Source: a virus (lineage: Duplodnaviria; Heunggongvirae; Uroviricota; Caudoviricetes). From it: 46,283 nt of DNA. Below are positions 17,098 through 26,317 of this stretch, in pieces. A program made the translations under genes and the position numbers. The notes below the pieces were generated by a model. It saw only the letters and a program-made list of their open reading frames with translations. It was not told the DNA's origin and ran no database searches. Where the stretch lies: the IMG/VR virus record IMGVR_UViG_3300010354_007935, positions 1-46,283 of that record. One strand, 5' to 3'. Position 1 is the stretch's first letter; the number at the start of each line of letters is the position of its first letter.

Positions 17098-19065
17098 TTA
17101 TTTTCCAGTTGGTGGTTCACCAAATGCACCGTATTGTGTTGCTGTAGGAGCAAACTCATCTGCCGCAAGAACTAACCCAGTTCCTTTTGGTTTGGTATTC
17201 TCGATAGCATCGATTGTGTCTTGTGCATCTTGTAAAGTAGCTATCACTGGTTCTTCTTCGATGTCGTGGAGTTCTCCCATCAATACTTTAATTTGTTTGA
17301 TTAATTCTGCTTGCTCGGATGTTGGAGCAGCAGGAGAACTTGCTGGTTCAGTTTTTGCTGGTTCAGTTTTTGCTGGTTCAGTTTTTGCTGGTTCAGTTTT
17401 TGCTGGTTCAGTGGTAGTAGTCGCTGGCTGTGCAGATTGACCACCAGTGCTGCCAGGAGCTGTTGGTTCAGCAGCCGGAGTTTCAGATCCACCACTTAAT
17501 CCTAAACCAGCGGCTGTTCCAAGCCCTGCACCTGCTACCGCAGTTTTAACTGGATTTTTTTGCGCTACTCGAGCAATTTTTGCTCCTGCAAGTGTCGGGC
17601 CGCTGCCTGATTTTAATGCATCTCGGTATGCTGCTGGACTTCTAGGAGAAGCTACGCCTTTGAAGAAATCACGAACACCCCGTGCAGCACCAACTCCTTT
17701 GGCAGCAAGTTTATCCCAGAAACCTTCGTCTAATATGACTTCTTTATCCCAGACACTTTCCCAGATAACTTGTTTAGTTAACTCATCGGTAATTTCTACA
17801 CCTTCAATATTGTATAAATTTCCGTCCCAGTCCAGTAAGTACTCGTCTTCTAATGTTTTTTCAATTTTAGACTTGGCTTCAATTAATTCTAAACGATTTC
17901 TAAAACTTGTTATTGATCCTACAACCGATTCCTTAGTTGGTTGTGCTCCGGAAGGAATCGCTCCATTTGGCCCAAATAATTCGCCTCTTCCGGCTTTATA
18001 GTCTCTTGCTTGATTAGCAGCCAATGCTGCCCAGGATACACCTGGAACCCATCCTAATCCGGCACCAAGACCAGCAATTGCAGCTCCGACCTTGTCACCT
18101 TCTTTCCAGCGACTGTAAGCATCAGCGGCATCTGCTGCCATACCTACACCAGGGATAACTCGCGCCGCAATTTTCTTTCCTAATGTTTTACCTGCCTTAG
18201 CAGCCGCAGTACCGGCAACTTTTTCTGCATTAGATACACCAGCAGCTTTAGCAACATTGTCTACCGCAGTTGGAGCTGTTGTGGGTGCAGCTGGTGCAGC
18301 TGGTGCTACATTTGCAGCTCGTTGTTGAGCTATTTTATCTCCCACTGTGCCAAAGTTAGTCAACGGTGTTCCAGGAGCCTTTGCAGTTTGTGCCATGGCC
18401 CTTTTGCGAATTAAATCTTCGGCTGAGTCGTTAAACCCTTCTAATGTATAGCCAAAACTTTCAATTAGCTCACGTGCAATGCTTTCTCGTCTGATATCTT
18501 GCAGAGAAAAATTACTTGCAGAATCTCCCATAGTGGCTTTTAGTTTTGCTATCAGGTCTCTTAATTTAGCTAATCTTTCTTTAATAAATGCATCACTGGA
18601 ATTTCTAGCAGATACTCTTGCACTATCACCTTTGACTTTGTTGAATTCTTGACCAGCTTTGCCGCCAGTTAATAAATCTGTTAGTCCAGCAGGCCCCTCA
18701 GCATTGCGAGGTACTAGGCCTAGTTTTTGTAATGGTTCCCAATCAGAAGGTGTTGGCGGCGCAATCTGAGGTTTTTCTCCAGTTTCTCCATCCATACGCT
18801 TGCTGGCAGCAACAACATATTCTCCCTTACTATTAAACAAACCAGGAAGTCCGTGCTGATCAGCAAGTTTAGAAAGTGCTATATCTCCAGCCGTTTTAGG
18901 ATCCCATGTTGTAAATCCAGTCCAGCCGCCTTTAGCTTTATCAGCGGCTGCTTTATCAGCGGCTGTTTTTTCGACAGTTGCAACTTGTTGCAATGTTAAT
19001 GCTTGCTCGTTTACTATTCTAGATTCAATAGATTCGAGTTTTGAAATTAATGATCTTATGTCCAT
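17098..19065 (-). CDS. Ala/Gly-rich putative internal virion protein
   Basis: 655 aa; hydrophobic Gly/Ala helices (GAAIAGLGAGLGWVPG), TEPAK repeats, multiple hydrophobic-x-E sites. Confidence 0.7.
   Translation of the reverse strand: MDIRSLISKLESIESRIVNEQALTLQQVATVEKTAADKAAADKAKGGWTGFTTWDPKTAGDIALSKLADQHGLPGLFNSKGEYVVAASKRMDGETGEKPQIAPPTPSDWEPLQKLGLVPRNAEGPAGLTDLLTGGKAGQEFNKVKGDSARVSARNSSDAFIKERLAKLRDLIAKLKATMGDSASNFSLQDIRRESIARELIESFGYTLEGFNDSAEDLIRKRAMAQTAKAPGTPLTNFGTVGDKIAQQRAANVAPAAPAAPTTAPTAVDNVAKAAGVSNAEKVAGTAAAKAGKTLGKKIAARVIPGVGMAADAADAYSRWKEGDKVGAAIAGLGAGLGWVPGVSWAALAANQARDYKAGRGELFGPNGAIPSGAQPTKESVVGSITSFRNRLELIEAKSKIEKTLEDEYLLDWDGNLYNIEGVEITDELTKQVIWESVWDKEVILDEGFWDKLAAKGVGAARGVRDFFKGVASPRSPAAYRDALKSGSGPTLAGAKIARVAQKNPVKTAVAGAGLGTAAGLGLSGGSETPAAEPTAPGSTGGQSAQPATTTTEPAKTEPAKTEPAKTEPAKTEPASSPAAPTSEQAELIKQIKVLMGELHDIEEEPVIATLQDAQDTIDAIENTKPKGTGLVLAADEFAPTATQYGAFGEPPTGK
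17341..17412. repeat. Perfect 15-bp tandem repeat (about 4.8 copies) encoding TEPAK
   Basis: TGCTGGTTCAGTTTT x4 plus 12 nt. Confidence 0.95.
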
Positions 19066-20525
19066 TATTTTTTAGCCTTCTTTTTCTTTGCGATAGCAAT
19101 CGCTGCTTGTTGAGCTGCATTGGCTGCTTCGTTAGTTGGGACACAATTAGGAACAGTACGACCGTTCTTTTTCTTTGTTCCTACTGGCTTGTAACCTTTC
19201 CAGCAAGGGTTACTATTTTTTAAAGTTTTCTTTGCTTCGTCTAATGCATCAACTAGTGCGTCAACATCGGCAAGCTCATAAAAAGGTTTTTTATGTTTTT
19301 CTTTACCTTGCTTTTGATCTTTCTTTTTATCTTTGTGGGCGCCTGCACCAGTTTGCGGACGTAGAGGGCCTTGACGAGGTTTTTGTGTAACTGGAACTTT
19401 AACAGCATTTTTGTCTTCGTCGATTTTCGGAGCCGGATAATACATACCGTCTTTGCCTAGTTCAACGCTTACTGCTCCTAGCCCTCTTATTCCAATTGCC
19501 GCCGCTGGAATCTGAATGATTTCGCCGGTACCTGGGCCTTGTGCAGTTCTCCCTGCAAATTTATAAATTTTTCCATCGATATCAATAGTGTAAGGTTCAG
19601 GACCGTTTTTAAATCTTGGATCAAATCGTTTACTTAATGGAACTGTTGCCGGTGCAGGTTCTGGACTAGGTTGTGCTCCAGACGCCCTCATCTGATCAGC
19701 AAAACTTGGAGTTCTTGTTCCGTCAGGGTTAAAAGTTACACGTTCGCTTATATTTTTCTTCAAAACACTTTCAGCAATACGTTGACCGTATTGTCTTATT
19801 AATTGTTTACGTTCAGTTTGTTTAGATTGGAATTCATCTTCGACAACTGCTACATAAGTTTTGAAAACGCTTACTTCCTCTAATTTTTCTTTTTTAGGTT
19901 GTTGATAGTGTTTCATAGCCATTTGTACCGGTAAACTTACTTTATGAGGATTGGTACCTTCATTTAAATTAGCAACTTGTTTCATTGCACGATCGTAGGT
20001 TGCTTCTTTGCCTTTATTGCCCATGGCATACAAATCTTTTTGTGATATAGGATCGTCACCGGCGGCATGTGCGCTAGGAGTCCAAGACTTGCCTGTAATA
20101 CCTTTTTCTCGTTCCATACCTAACTTACCCAGACCCATGTTATAAGCGGCTTTCATGCTGACTTCTTTCCCGGACTTGTCTTTAGTTTGACTAATGCTCA
20201 TAGGGCCTGCGCCGTAGTTCTGTGTTACATTTCCAGTTACGTGATCTGTTTCTTGACTTAAACCGCCAAAGTTTGGAGTAGTCTGTTTTATTAGTTTTCC
20301 GTCGGCACTAAAAAGGCTGACTCCAGTACCGTCAGTTATTGAATAAGTTCCATCGGGATTAGTTGTTTTTCGAGTACCATCCCCTAAATCAACAGTATTT
20401 TCCACTACCGATTGATTAATATCAGATTCACTGACTATCCGAAGAAATTTGGCCATAGAGGAAGCACCTTCTACAGGCTTTGTTGAAGCACCGTCAAAGG
20501 CCTGTAGAATTTTCTTCATATCCAT
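19065..20525 (-). CDS. Mosaic putative internal head protein
   Basis: 486 aa; segments separated by VVEN, LNEG, ISER, IDED, LDEA, TNEA; CWKGY...VPNCVP mini-motif. Confidence 0.7.
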   Translation of the reverse strand: MDMKKILQAFDGASTKPVEGASSMAKFLRIVSESDINQSVVENTVDLGDGTRKTTNPDGTYSITDGTGVSLFSADGKLIKQTTPNFGGLSQETDHVTGNVTQNYGAGPMSISQTKDKSGKEVSMKAAYNMGLGKLGMEREKGITGKSWTPSAHAAGDDPISQKDLYAMGNKGKEATYDRAMKQVANLNEGTNPHKVSLPVQMAMKHYQQPKKEKLEEVSVFKTYVAVVEDEFQSKQTERKQLIRQYGQRIAESVLKKNISERVTFNPDGTRTPSFADQMRASGAQPSPEPAPATVPLSKRFDPRFKNGPEPYTIDIDGKIYKFAGRTAQGPGTGEIIQIPAAAIGIRGLGAVSVELGKDGMYYPAPKIDEDKNAVKVPVTQKPRQGPLRPQTGAGAHKDKKKDQKQGKEKHKKPFYELADVDALVDALDEAKKTLKNSNPCWKGYKPVGTKKKNGRTVPNCVPTNEAANAAQQAAIAIAKKKKAKK

Positions 20526-20529
20526 GTTT

Positions 20530-21864
20530 TTATCCTAATAGTCTTTGTGTTAGTTCTTTGATGCGAAGAACTTCTGCAGATTCTGCTAGGCTTTCTTTCA
20601 TAGCAGGATTTGTTGGACCAGGTGTGTTGGGACTCCACTCTTTACCTTTGTTAGGACCCGAAGTTACTTTAGGGTAACGTCCTGTCTTAGGATCTTTCTT
20701 TGGAGGAGCAGTTGCGCCGTCTGGGTTTTGAGGTATTGATTCTTGAACGCTAGAAGGTTCAGGTTGATTCCAATCACCTCCATGCTTTGCACCAGATTGG
20801 CCTTTGAATGGTTCTATTTTAGGTTTAGGTTCGCCAGTACCTGCATCTGCTTGGCTCATGCCTTTTTTCTTGCCAAGAATTTTGCCAATTGGCCCTGACG
20901 ACGAAGCTACTTTAGCTGGTAGAAAAGTTTCTTTTACTTTCTTTTCTTTTCCTGTGGCCTTCTTAATTGCAGCATCTTTGTTGTCCATATATTCTTTTGA
21001 ATCTGGTTCGTCCTTGCCGTCTTTGTCCATGTCGCCCTTGTCTGCTACAGCTTCCTTGACCTTTTTATCGTTCTTGGCAAATGGATTTTTCTTTTTATCA
21101 GCAACTGCCTTTTTCATTGGCTCTTTTTTGTTGCCGTCTTTGTCCATATCTAAAAAGTCTGGCTTAGCACCTTCGTCTAATTCTTTATCGTGCTTTTTCT
21201 TTTCTTTGTCAGCTTCCTTGTCAGCCTTTTGACTTTGCCAACCTTGAACCTTTGTTGCTTTAACTTTAGCACCGCTAGGTAATTCTACTTCGCGTTCAGA
21301 CTTCTTAGCCGGTTTACGGTCTTCGCTTTCGTCTAATTCTTTGTCGTGCTTCTTGCGCTCTTTGTCGGCTTCTTTATCGGCAGCAACTGACTTAGATCCT
21401 TGTACCCTTGTAGCAGGATGCTTCTTACCACTCTTGTCAGTCCAAGTAGTTTCTTTCTTTTTAGATGCTGGGCGATCTTCAGCTTCTTTTACTGCTTTAG
21501 TATCTTGCTTCTCGGCTTGAGCTTTCTTTAGCTCTTTCATTTTTTCTTTAGCTTCCATTAGTTTGTTTCTAATGACTTGCTTTTGTTCTTCAGAATACAT
21601 TTCTGCATCGTTTAGCTTTTCGCCATACTCGCTGAATTTCATTTCGTATTCTAGATAGTGATAAACACTAGCAACATAGTCAGCGGCTTTAGTAATCTTA
21701 GCTTGTACCCAAGCTTCTAGCTGATCTTCGTCTTGAATTTGTTTGAATAGTTTTAAGCTATAATTTGCTAGTTTAAACAAATCAGCTTTAGCCATAGCAC
21801 CTTCGCGGTCATGGCCTGCGTTTGGTGTAGTAGCTGGATTATCTTGTGGCATCATATCGTGCAT
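20530..21864 (-). CDS. Lys/Asp/Glu-rich mosaic putative internal head protein
   Basis: Start set at ATG 21864 after GGAG; LEAWVQAKITKAADY helix, duplicated KKHDKELDE module, two DMDKDG motifs. Confidence 0.72.
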   Translation of the reverse strand: MHDMMPQDNPATTPNAGHDREGAMAKADLFKLANYSLKLFKQIQDEDQLEAWVQAKITKAADYVASVYHYLEYEMKFSEYGEKLNDAEMYSEEQKQVIRNKLMEAKEKMKELKKAQAEKQDTKAVKEAEDRPASKKKETTWTDKSGKKHPATRVQGSKSVAADKEADKERKKHDKELDESEDRKPAKKSEREVELPSGAKVKATKVQGWQSQKADKEADKEKKKHDKELDEGAKPDFLDMDKDGNKKEPMKKAVADKKKNPFAKNDKKVKEAVADKGDMDKDGKDEPDSKEYMDNKDAAIKKATGKEKKVKETFLPAKVASSSGPIGKILGKKKGMSQADAGTGEPKPKIEPFKGQSGAKHGGDWNQPEPSSVQESIPQNPDGATAPPKKDPKTGRYPKVTSGPNKGKEWSPNTPGPTNPAMKESLAESAEVLRIKELTQRLLG

Positions 21865-21883
21865 GGTAAACTCCGTTATTCTA

Positions 21884-21889
21884 TATTTA
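21884..21889 (-). promoter_or_regulatory. T4 late-like TAAATA box
   Basis: GATAAATATAG, 10 nt upstream of the GGAG RBS of the next gene. Confidence 0.55.
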
Positions 21890-22492
21890 TCGTCTTTTGA
21901 CAGCACCAGCACCGAACAGATTGGGCATATCTACTCCGTTTTTAGCTGTACCGTTTGGGTTTTTTGGTTGTACTACTTTAGGCTGTGGAGGGGCTTTTGT
22001 GCCACCCGGGCCACCGGGTTTACCTAAATAGCTAGTTTTACCACGAGCTTTTCCTGGGCTGTGGTGCGGATTAACTACTGTGCCAATATTAGCAGTACTA
22101 GTTGCGCCAGCAGTAGCATTTTCTGATAAATCGTCTTCTGCACGTTTTGTTAAAAAGATTTTACCCTGTAGTTCTGGCTTATTTTTAATAATAGCTAATG
22201 CATAGCTGTTGGCACCTCTTTTCCAGTCAAAAGATTTAGGTTGTCCTTTAACTTTAAAGATTTTTCCATTGATTTTTAAATACCAAGGACCACGATCTTT
22301 ATCAATTTGTTGTTGACGGAAATTACGTTCAAAATTAGGATCGTCTTCGTGTCCTAACTCATGCTCCATTTCGCGTCGCTTAAAGTCACGACGTTCCCAG
22401 TCCATTTGTCTCTGTTCGTCGCGTTCTTGGTCCAAGGGGTTATAGTAACTGCTTCTACGACCCCAGCTTTCGTCTAAATCTGTAATTTTCAT
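21887..22492 (-). CDS. Putative internal head protein
   Basis: N-terminus MKITDLDES; LSENATAGATS segment; P/G/K-rich tail. Confidence 0.68.
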   Translation of the reverse strand: MKITDLDESWGRRSSYYNPLDQERDEQRQMDWERRDFKRREMEHELGHEDDPNFERNFRQQQIDKDRGPWYLKINGKIFKVKGQPKSFDWKRGANSYALAIIKNKPELQGKIFLTKRAEDDLSENATAGATSTANIGTVVNPHHSPGKARGKTSYLGKPGGPGGTKAPPQPKVVQPKNPNGTAKNGVDMPNLFGAGAVKRR

Positions 22493-22767
22493 ATTTTCTT
22501 CTCCCCTGTCATGTAGGGCAAACTAAACCATAATTTAAACCATTCGGGAGTGCCAGGTTTAATATTATTTTCTCTTTCAATTCTTAAGTTCTCACTACCT
22601 GTAACACTTATATTCATTCCTCGCATTTCATGAATTCTTGCATCAGCGCCTAGACCTGCAAGATGCTGTATTGCTTTTATTTCATGAATAGGATCGTCTG
22701 GTGCTAGATAACAGTCATCACCGCTGTCCTGATTTATGTGCTCTGTAGTAACTCTGTATTGTTTCAT
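22489..22767 (-). CDS. Hypothetical protein
   Basis: 92 aa; ends in NIKPGTPEWFKLWFSLPYMTGE. Confidence 0.7.
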   Translation of the reverse strand: MKQYRVTTEHINQDSGDDCYLAPDDPIHEIKAIQHLAGLGADARIHEMRGMNISVTGSENLRIERENNIKPGTPEWFKLWFSLPYMTGEKKI

Positions 22768-22768
22768 T

Positions 22769-23209
22769 TTACTTCATCGTTGCTCTTAGCATCCAACTAT
22801 GTTTTTTATGTGCATCTTGACGACCTGCTAAAAAGTCGGCTAATCCGTGGTCCCCGTTTTGTTCAGCCATATCAAATGTAATACGGAAAATATTAGCCAT
22901 CTTTTCGCTATCGGCATATAATTCGGCTAACATTTGTTCAGCTGGTAACATCTCTGTTTCGTCTTTAAGTGTAGATAGCATACTAAAACGTTGAAAACTT
23001 CCAGGTGTATAAGTGCCTGCTTTGCGAATATTTTCTGCAAAGTCGTCGATGATATCATAAACTTCTTCGTAAATTTTTCCAAAAAGTTCGTGGTACTGTG
23101 GAAAGTTAGGGCCTTCAACATTCCAATGAAAGAAATGCGCCTTTAGATAAAACGCAAATTCACTAGCAAATGCTGTCTTTAATGCTAAAAAATATTTTTC
23201 CTTATCCAC
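22769..23209 (-). CDS. dps: Dps / DNA-protecting ferritin-like protein
   Basis: KAHFFHWNVEGPNFPQYHELFGKIYEE..D.FAE ferroxidase motif; C-terminal HKKHSWMLRA. Confidence 0.92.
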   Translation of the reverse strand: MDKEKYFLALKTAFASEFAFYLKAHFFHWNVEGPNFPQYHELFGKIYEEVYDIIDDFAENIRKAGTYTPGSFQRFSMLSTLKDETEMLPAEQMLAELYADSEKMANIFRITFDMAEQNGDHGLADFLAGRQDAHKKHSWMLRATMK

Positions 23210-23211
23210 TT

Positions 23212-24645
23212 TTAAACTCCGTATTTGTTTCTTTTAACTTTTGCAACTGGACTAGTTTTATTTACATCAGCCACTTCTTGACTACGATTACCACTCCAGT
23301 TTTGTATTGTGCCTGCACCTACTTGTAGTGCAGCTTTTTTAATCATTTCAAATTCTTCGTCAGTATACGCCGAAAGCAAAGGATCTCCGCCAATCCAGTT
23401 GTCAGCTTCTATCTTTGTAGGATAATCTGGAGCGCCGGCCAGCGCAATTCCCATACGATAGTTTTTATATGCACTACCAGTACTTTGATTTAGTCCTGGC
23501 AATGTGCTAGCATTTTTCATTGCAGCTTTCTTTTCTTTATCAATAGGCTTGGTTCCGCCTTTGCCTACTTTGCCTCCAGAACCTTCTGCTAGACTCTGAC
23601 TCCTGTACTGTCTGTATGGATTCATAAAATCTTGGCCCCAAGTACCTTCTTTCACTGCCCATGCAAAATCTACAATACGTCCTTGACCACCGCCAATCTC
23701 GCCAAATAAATTACTCAGGTTCATCACTTCATCTTTGTCTGCACCTGTTCCTTCTTGTATTAAACTAACAATCCAATCTAAATTATCGTTATCAATAGCT
23801 TCTGTATATTTGGCCCAAAGTTTAGGGCTTTGAGCAATACGTTGACCTAATCTACCTAATTTTTTAACCAAGGCAAATTCACGATCTACTGGTTCAGCAT
23901 CTTCTGCCATGTTTGTTTTTGTATATTCATCATTGGGTTGATCCAACTCTGTAGGTTGTGGTTCTACTACTGATTTCTTTGAAGGTTTGACAGGGGACTT
24001 TGTAACCTTTGCAGCCTTCTGCTGATTACGTGCTTGTTGTTTTCTTGCTTTCTCTTCTTCAGCCTGCATATAAGGCAACATAAAGTGTCTAACTAACTTA
24101 AAGTAAGGATGCCCAGCAACAACAGTATCGGCGGGAACTCCTGAATATTTTTCAAAGTCCTGGGGATTGTTTTCTTTTACAGCTTTTCTAACAAGGGATG
24201 CTTCGCTCTTACGATCGGCCCGTGCCCAAACAACCTTTTTAAATTTATAATATCCATGGGGACCTTCTACACCGTTTTGTTTTTGCAAATAGGGTAAATG
24301 TATCTTCATGTCATTTTCATCTGTTACAATGTGTAAAGTTACATTTGCACCAAATTGTTTATAAACCATGACAGCTAAGGTTAGCCAAGATTGCTCGGCA
24401 ACTAAATGATCTTCAACAGCTGGATACAACGTTTTCATTGCTTCAATTTTAATATCAAACGGTAGCGGATCTTTAGGTCCCTGAGTACTTTCATTAGTAC
24501 CGACAAACCACTGAGGAAATTTTGATGCAACAGTCCATGCATGCACATGCCCAAAATGCGGAGGATTAAAACGTCCAAAGATAATTGCTACGTCTTTATC
24601 ACCGACTGCTTCATATGTATTTTCAAATAATTCTCTTAATTTCAT
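23212..24645 (-). CDS. HxGH nucleotidyltransferase (cytidylyltransferase-like) with long C-terminal extension
   Basis: AIIFGRFNPPHFGH; QGPKDPLPFDIK. Start set at ATG 24645 (MKLRELFEN, ATGA overlap). Confidence 0.8.
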   Translation of the reverse strand: MKLRELFENTYEAVGDKDVAIIFGRFNPPHFGHVHAWTVASKFPQWFVGTNESTQGPKDPLPFDIKIEAMKTLYPAVEDHLVAEQSWLTLAVMVYKQFGANVTLHIVTDENDMKIHLPYLQKQNGVEGPHGYYKFKKVVWARADRKSEASLVRKAVKENNPQDFEKYSGVPADTVVAGHPYFKLVRHFMLPYMQAEEEKARKQQARNQQKAAKVTKSPVKPSKKSVVEPQPTELDQPNDEYTKTNMAEDAEPVDREFALVKKLGRLGQRIAQSPKLWAKYTEAIDNDNLDWIVSLIQEGTGADKDEVMNLSNLFGEIGGGQGRIVDFAWAVKEGTWGQDFMNPYRQYRSQSLAEGSGGKVGKGGTKPIDKEKKAAMKNASTLPGLNQSTGSAYKNYRMGIALAGAPDYPTKIEADNWIGGDPLLSAYTDEEFEMIKKAALQVGAGTIQNWSGNRSQEVADVNKTSPVAKVKRNKYGV

Positions 24646-25868
24646 GATGGTGTTCGTCCTGGGGCCCAAGTAGTAGGAACAATTTTTATGTTACCGTATT
24701 TATGATGCGGCTGTGCGTACCTAACGTAGCCCTCGCTATCGCTGTCCCAAATTTCTGGTTTTCCTTGAGATTTATAAGCAGCATAGACTTCGTCTTTCAT
24801 ATTGCGTATGTCTTTAATTAATTTTAACATACCATCGAACGCACCTGGATGTGCCTTAATCATATTAATAATATGTTGTTGTTTGTTTTTACTGACACCT
24901 TTCTTTTCCATCCAGTTTAAAAAAGTATCCCCTGTAATACTATCAAAGCTCTGTTCGTTATTAGCGTGTAAATTGCTCATAGCGTTAAAGAATGGGTAAA
25001 ATACTCCATTCTTATCAGGATCGGGTAAGCTAGCTATAAATGCATCTATAGTAGGTCCTACGCCTTCTACTTCATTAGAAACATAATCGACCAATTCATC
25101 TACTCTGCTGGTGTCTTGTCCGCTGCCTCCACTAGTGTAAATAGGACCTTGCACTATTAATCCAGCTGTTTGATTAAACATACTAAAGTCATCTAATGGC
25201 TTCTGTGCTCTATCCGGAGCACCAAATTGGTCAAACATTGCATGTCCGACAACCATTACCTTAGCCTGTGCAATTCGTTGGCCTAAATCGCTTTGTGCAT
25301 CTACATAGTATCGTGTACTGCTTTTAGGATTAGGTGCAAATGTCCACACACCTTTAGGATAACCATCCATGCGTATTAGTTTTTTGTTTAAGCCGGGGTC
25401 AACACCAAACAAACTATCAGCATATAAAAACCCTACAAAGTCTTTAGGTGTTGCTGCATCAAATAAAGGATATAGCGCAGAAAAGTTTTTAGCAAATGCC
25501 TGACGTTGTTTCATTTCGTCAGTAGTTTTAGGTTTACCGCTTTGATTTGCAATAAAGTCGTAGACACCTTCTGCACTATCTGACTTAACTCCCCTACTCC
25601 ACTGATTATGACCTGCTAATATTAGTGGGCCACCTTTAGTTTCTCTGCCCCAATAAACTTGTGGATTACCGTCCCACTTTCCTCTTACAGTAGTTGCTCC
25701 AGGCTGTTCTGTTGCTATCTCTTTAAAATGACTTAATGCTTCTAAAGCGCCAGCAGATCCTTTGAAAAATATTAAATGTTCCGGATGATTGAATGCGCGG
25801 CCATATTTCTCCATGCTGTCATCAACAGGAGCAGGTTTTGCCTCATAAAACAATTCCCTTAGTCGCAC
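24642..25868 (-). CDS. KxDG covalent nucleotidyltransferase/ligase-like protein (DUF6267-like)
   Basis: VRGKWDGNPQVYWG motif I, late SEGYV and IKIV motifs; N-terminus MRLRELFYE. Confidence 0.6.
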   Translation of the reverse strand: MRLRELFYEAKPAPVDDSMEKYGRAFNHPEHLIFFKGSAGALEALSHFKEIATEQPGATTVRGKWDGNPQVYWGRETKGGPLILAGHNQWSRGVKSDSAEGVYDFIANQSGKPKTTDEMKQRQAFAKNFSALYPLFDAATPKDFVGFLYADSLFGVDPGLNKKLIRMDGYPKGVWTFAPNPKSSTRYYVDAQSDLGQRIAQAKVMVVGHAMFDQFGAPDRAQKPLDDFSMFNQTAGLIVQGPIYTSGGSGQDTSRVDELVDYVSNEVEGVGPTIDAFIASLPDPDKNGVFYPFFNAMSNLHANNEQSFDSITGDTFLNWMEKKGVSKNKQQHIINMIKAHPGAFDGMLKLIKDIRNMKDEVYAAYKSQGKPEIWDSDSEGYVRYAQPHHKYGNIKIVPTTWAPGRTPS

Positions 25869-25870
25869 AT

Positions 25871-26245
25871 TTAGTCCTTATATTTGCCGTCGGAAAAATC
25901 TTTTTTAAGATCTTCGTACACTTTTTTACAAACTTCTTCTAAAACTGAGTCTTCGAGCTCTTCAGGAAGTTCTCTAATTTTAAATTTCTTTAGATAGCTT
26001 TTATAACTTTCTTTAACAGCATGTGTAAAAAGAGAAGGACTAGCTGACTTTTTTGCTTTGAATTTGTCAATGCAGTGGGCAGCTGGTGCATAAAAATGGC
26101 GCCTATAAATTTCGTCATCGTCATTCATAAAGAATGCAAGATCTTCTACTAAATCGTAGTTAATAACTTTTTTGTTGCCTTCGTGCCTGACAAATTCGTC
26201 GTTTTTATCAGTATTTCTGCTTTCTAATAGTTCTTTAATACGCAT
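25871..26245 (-). CDS. Hypothetical protein (putative internal head protein)
   Basis: N-terminus MRIKELLES; follows a TAAATA box. Confidence 0.7.
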   Translation of the reverse strand: MRIKELLESRNTDKNDEFVRHEGNKKVINYDLVEDLAFFMNDDDEIYRRHFYAPAAHCIDKFKAKKSASPSLFTHAVKESYKSYLKKFKIRELPEELEDSVLEEVCKKVYEDLKKDFSDGKYKD

Positions 26246-26289
26246 ATTTTATCTCAAAAGTAAACAGTACAGATTCCTGTACGATATTA

Positions 26290-26295
26290 TATTTA
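26290..26295 (-). promoter_or_regulatory. T4 late-like TAAATA box heading the internal-protein block
   Basis: CGATAAATATAAT; no -35 box at the expected spacing; followed by a GTACAG-GAAT-CTGTAC hairpin. Confidence 0.6.
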
Positions 26296-26317
26296 TCGAG
26301 ATTACAATTATAAGAAC

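Noticed and set aside
17341-17412. Direct repeats as a CRISPR array
   Set aside because: The 15-bp units are contiguous with no spacers and lie in frame in a CDS; this is a coding tandem repeat.
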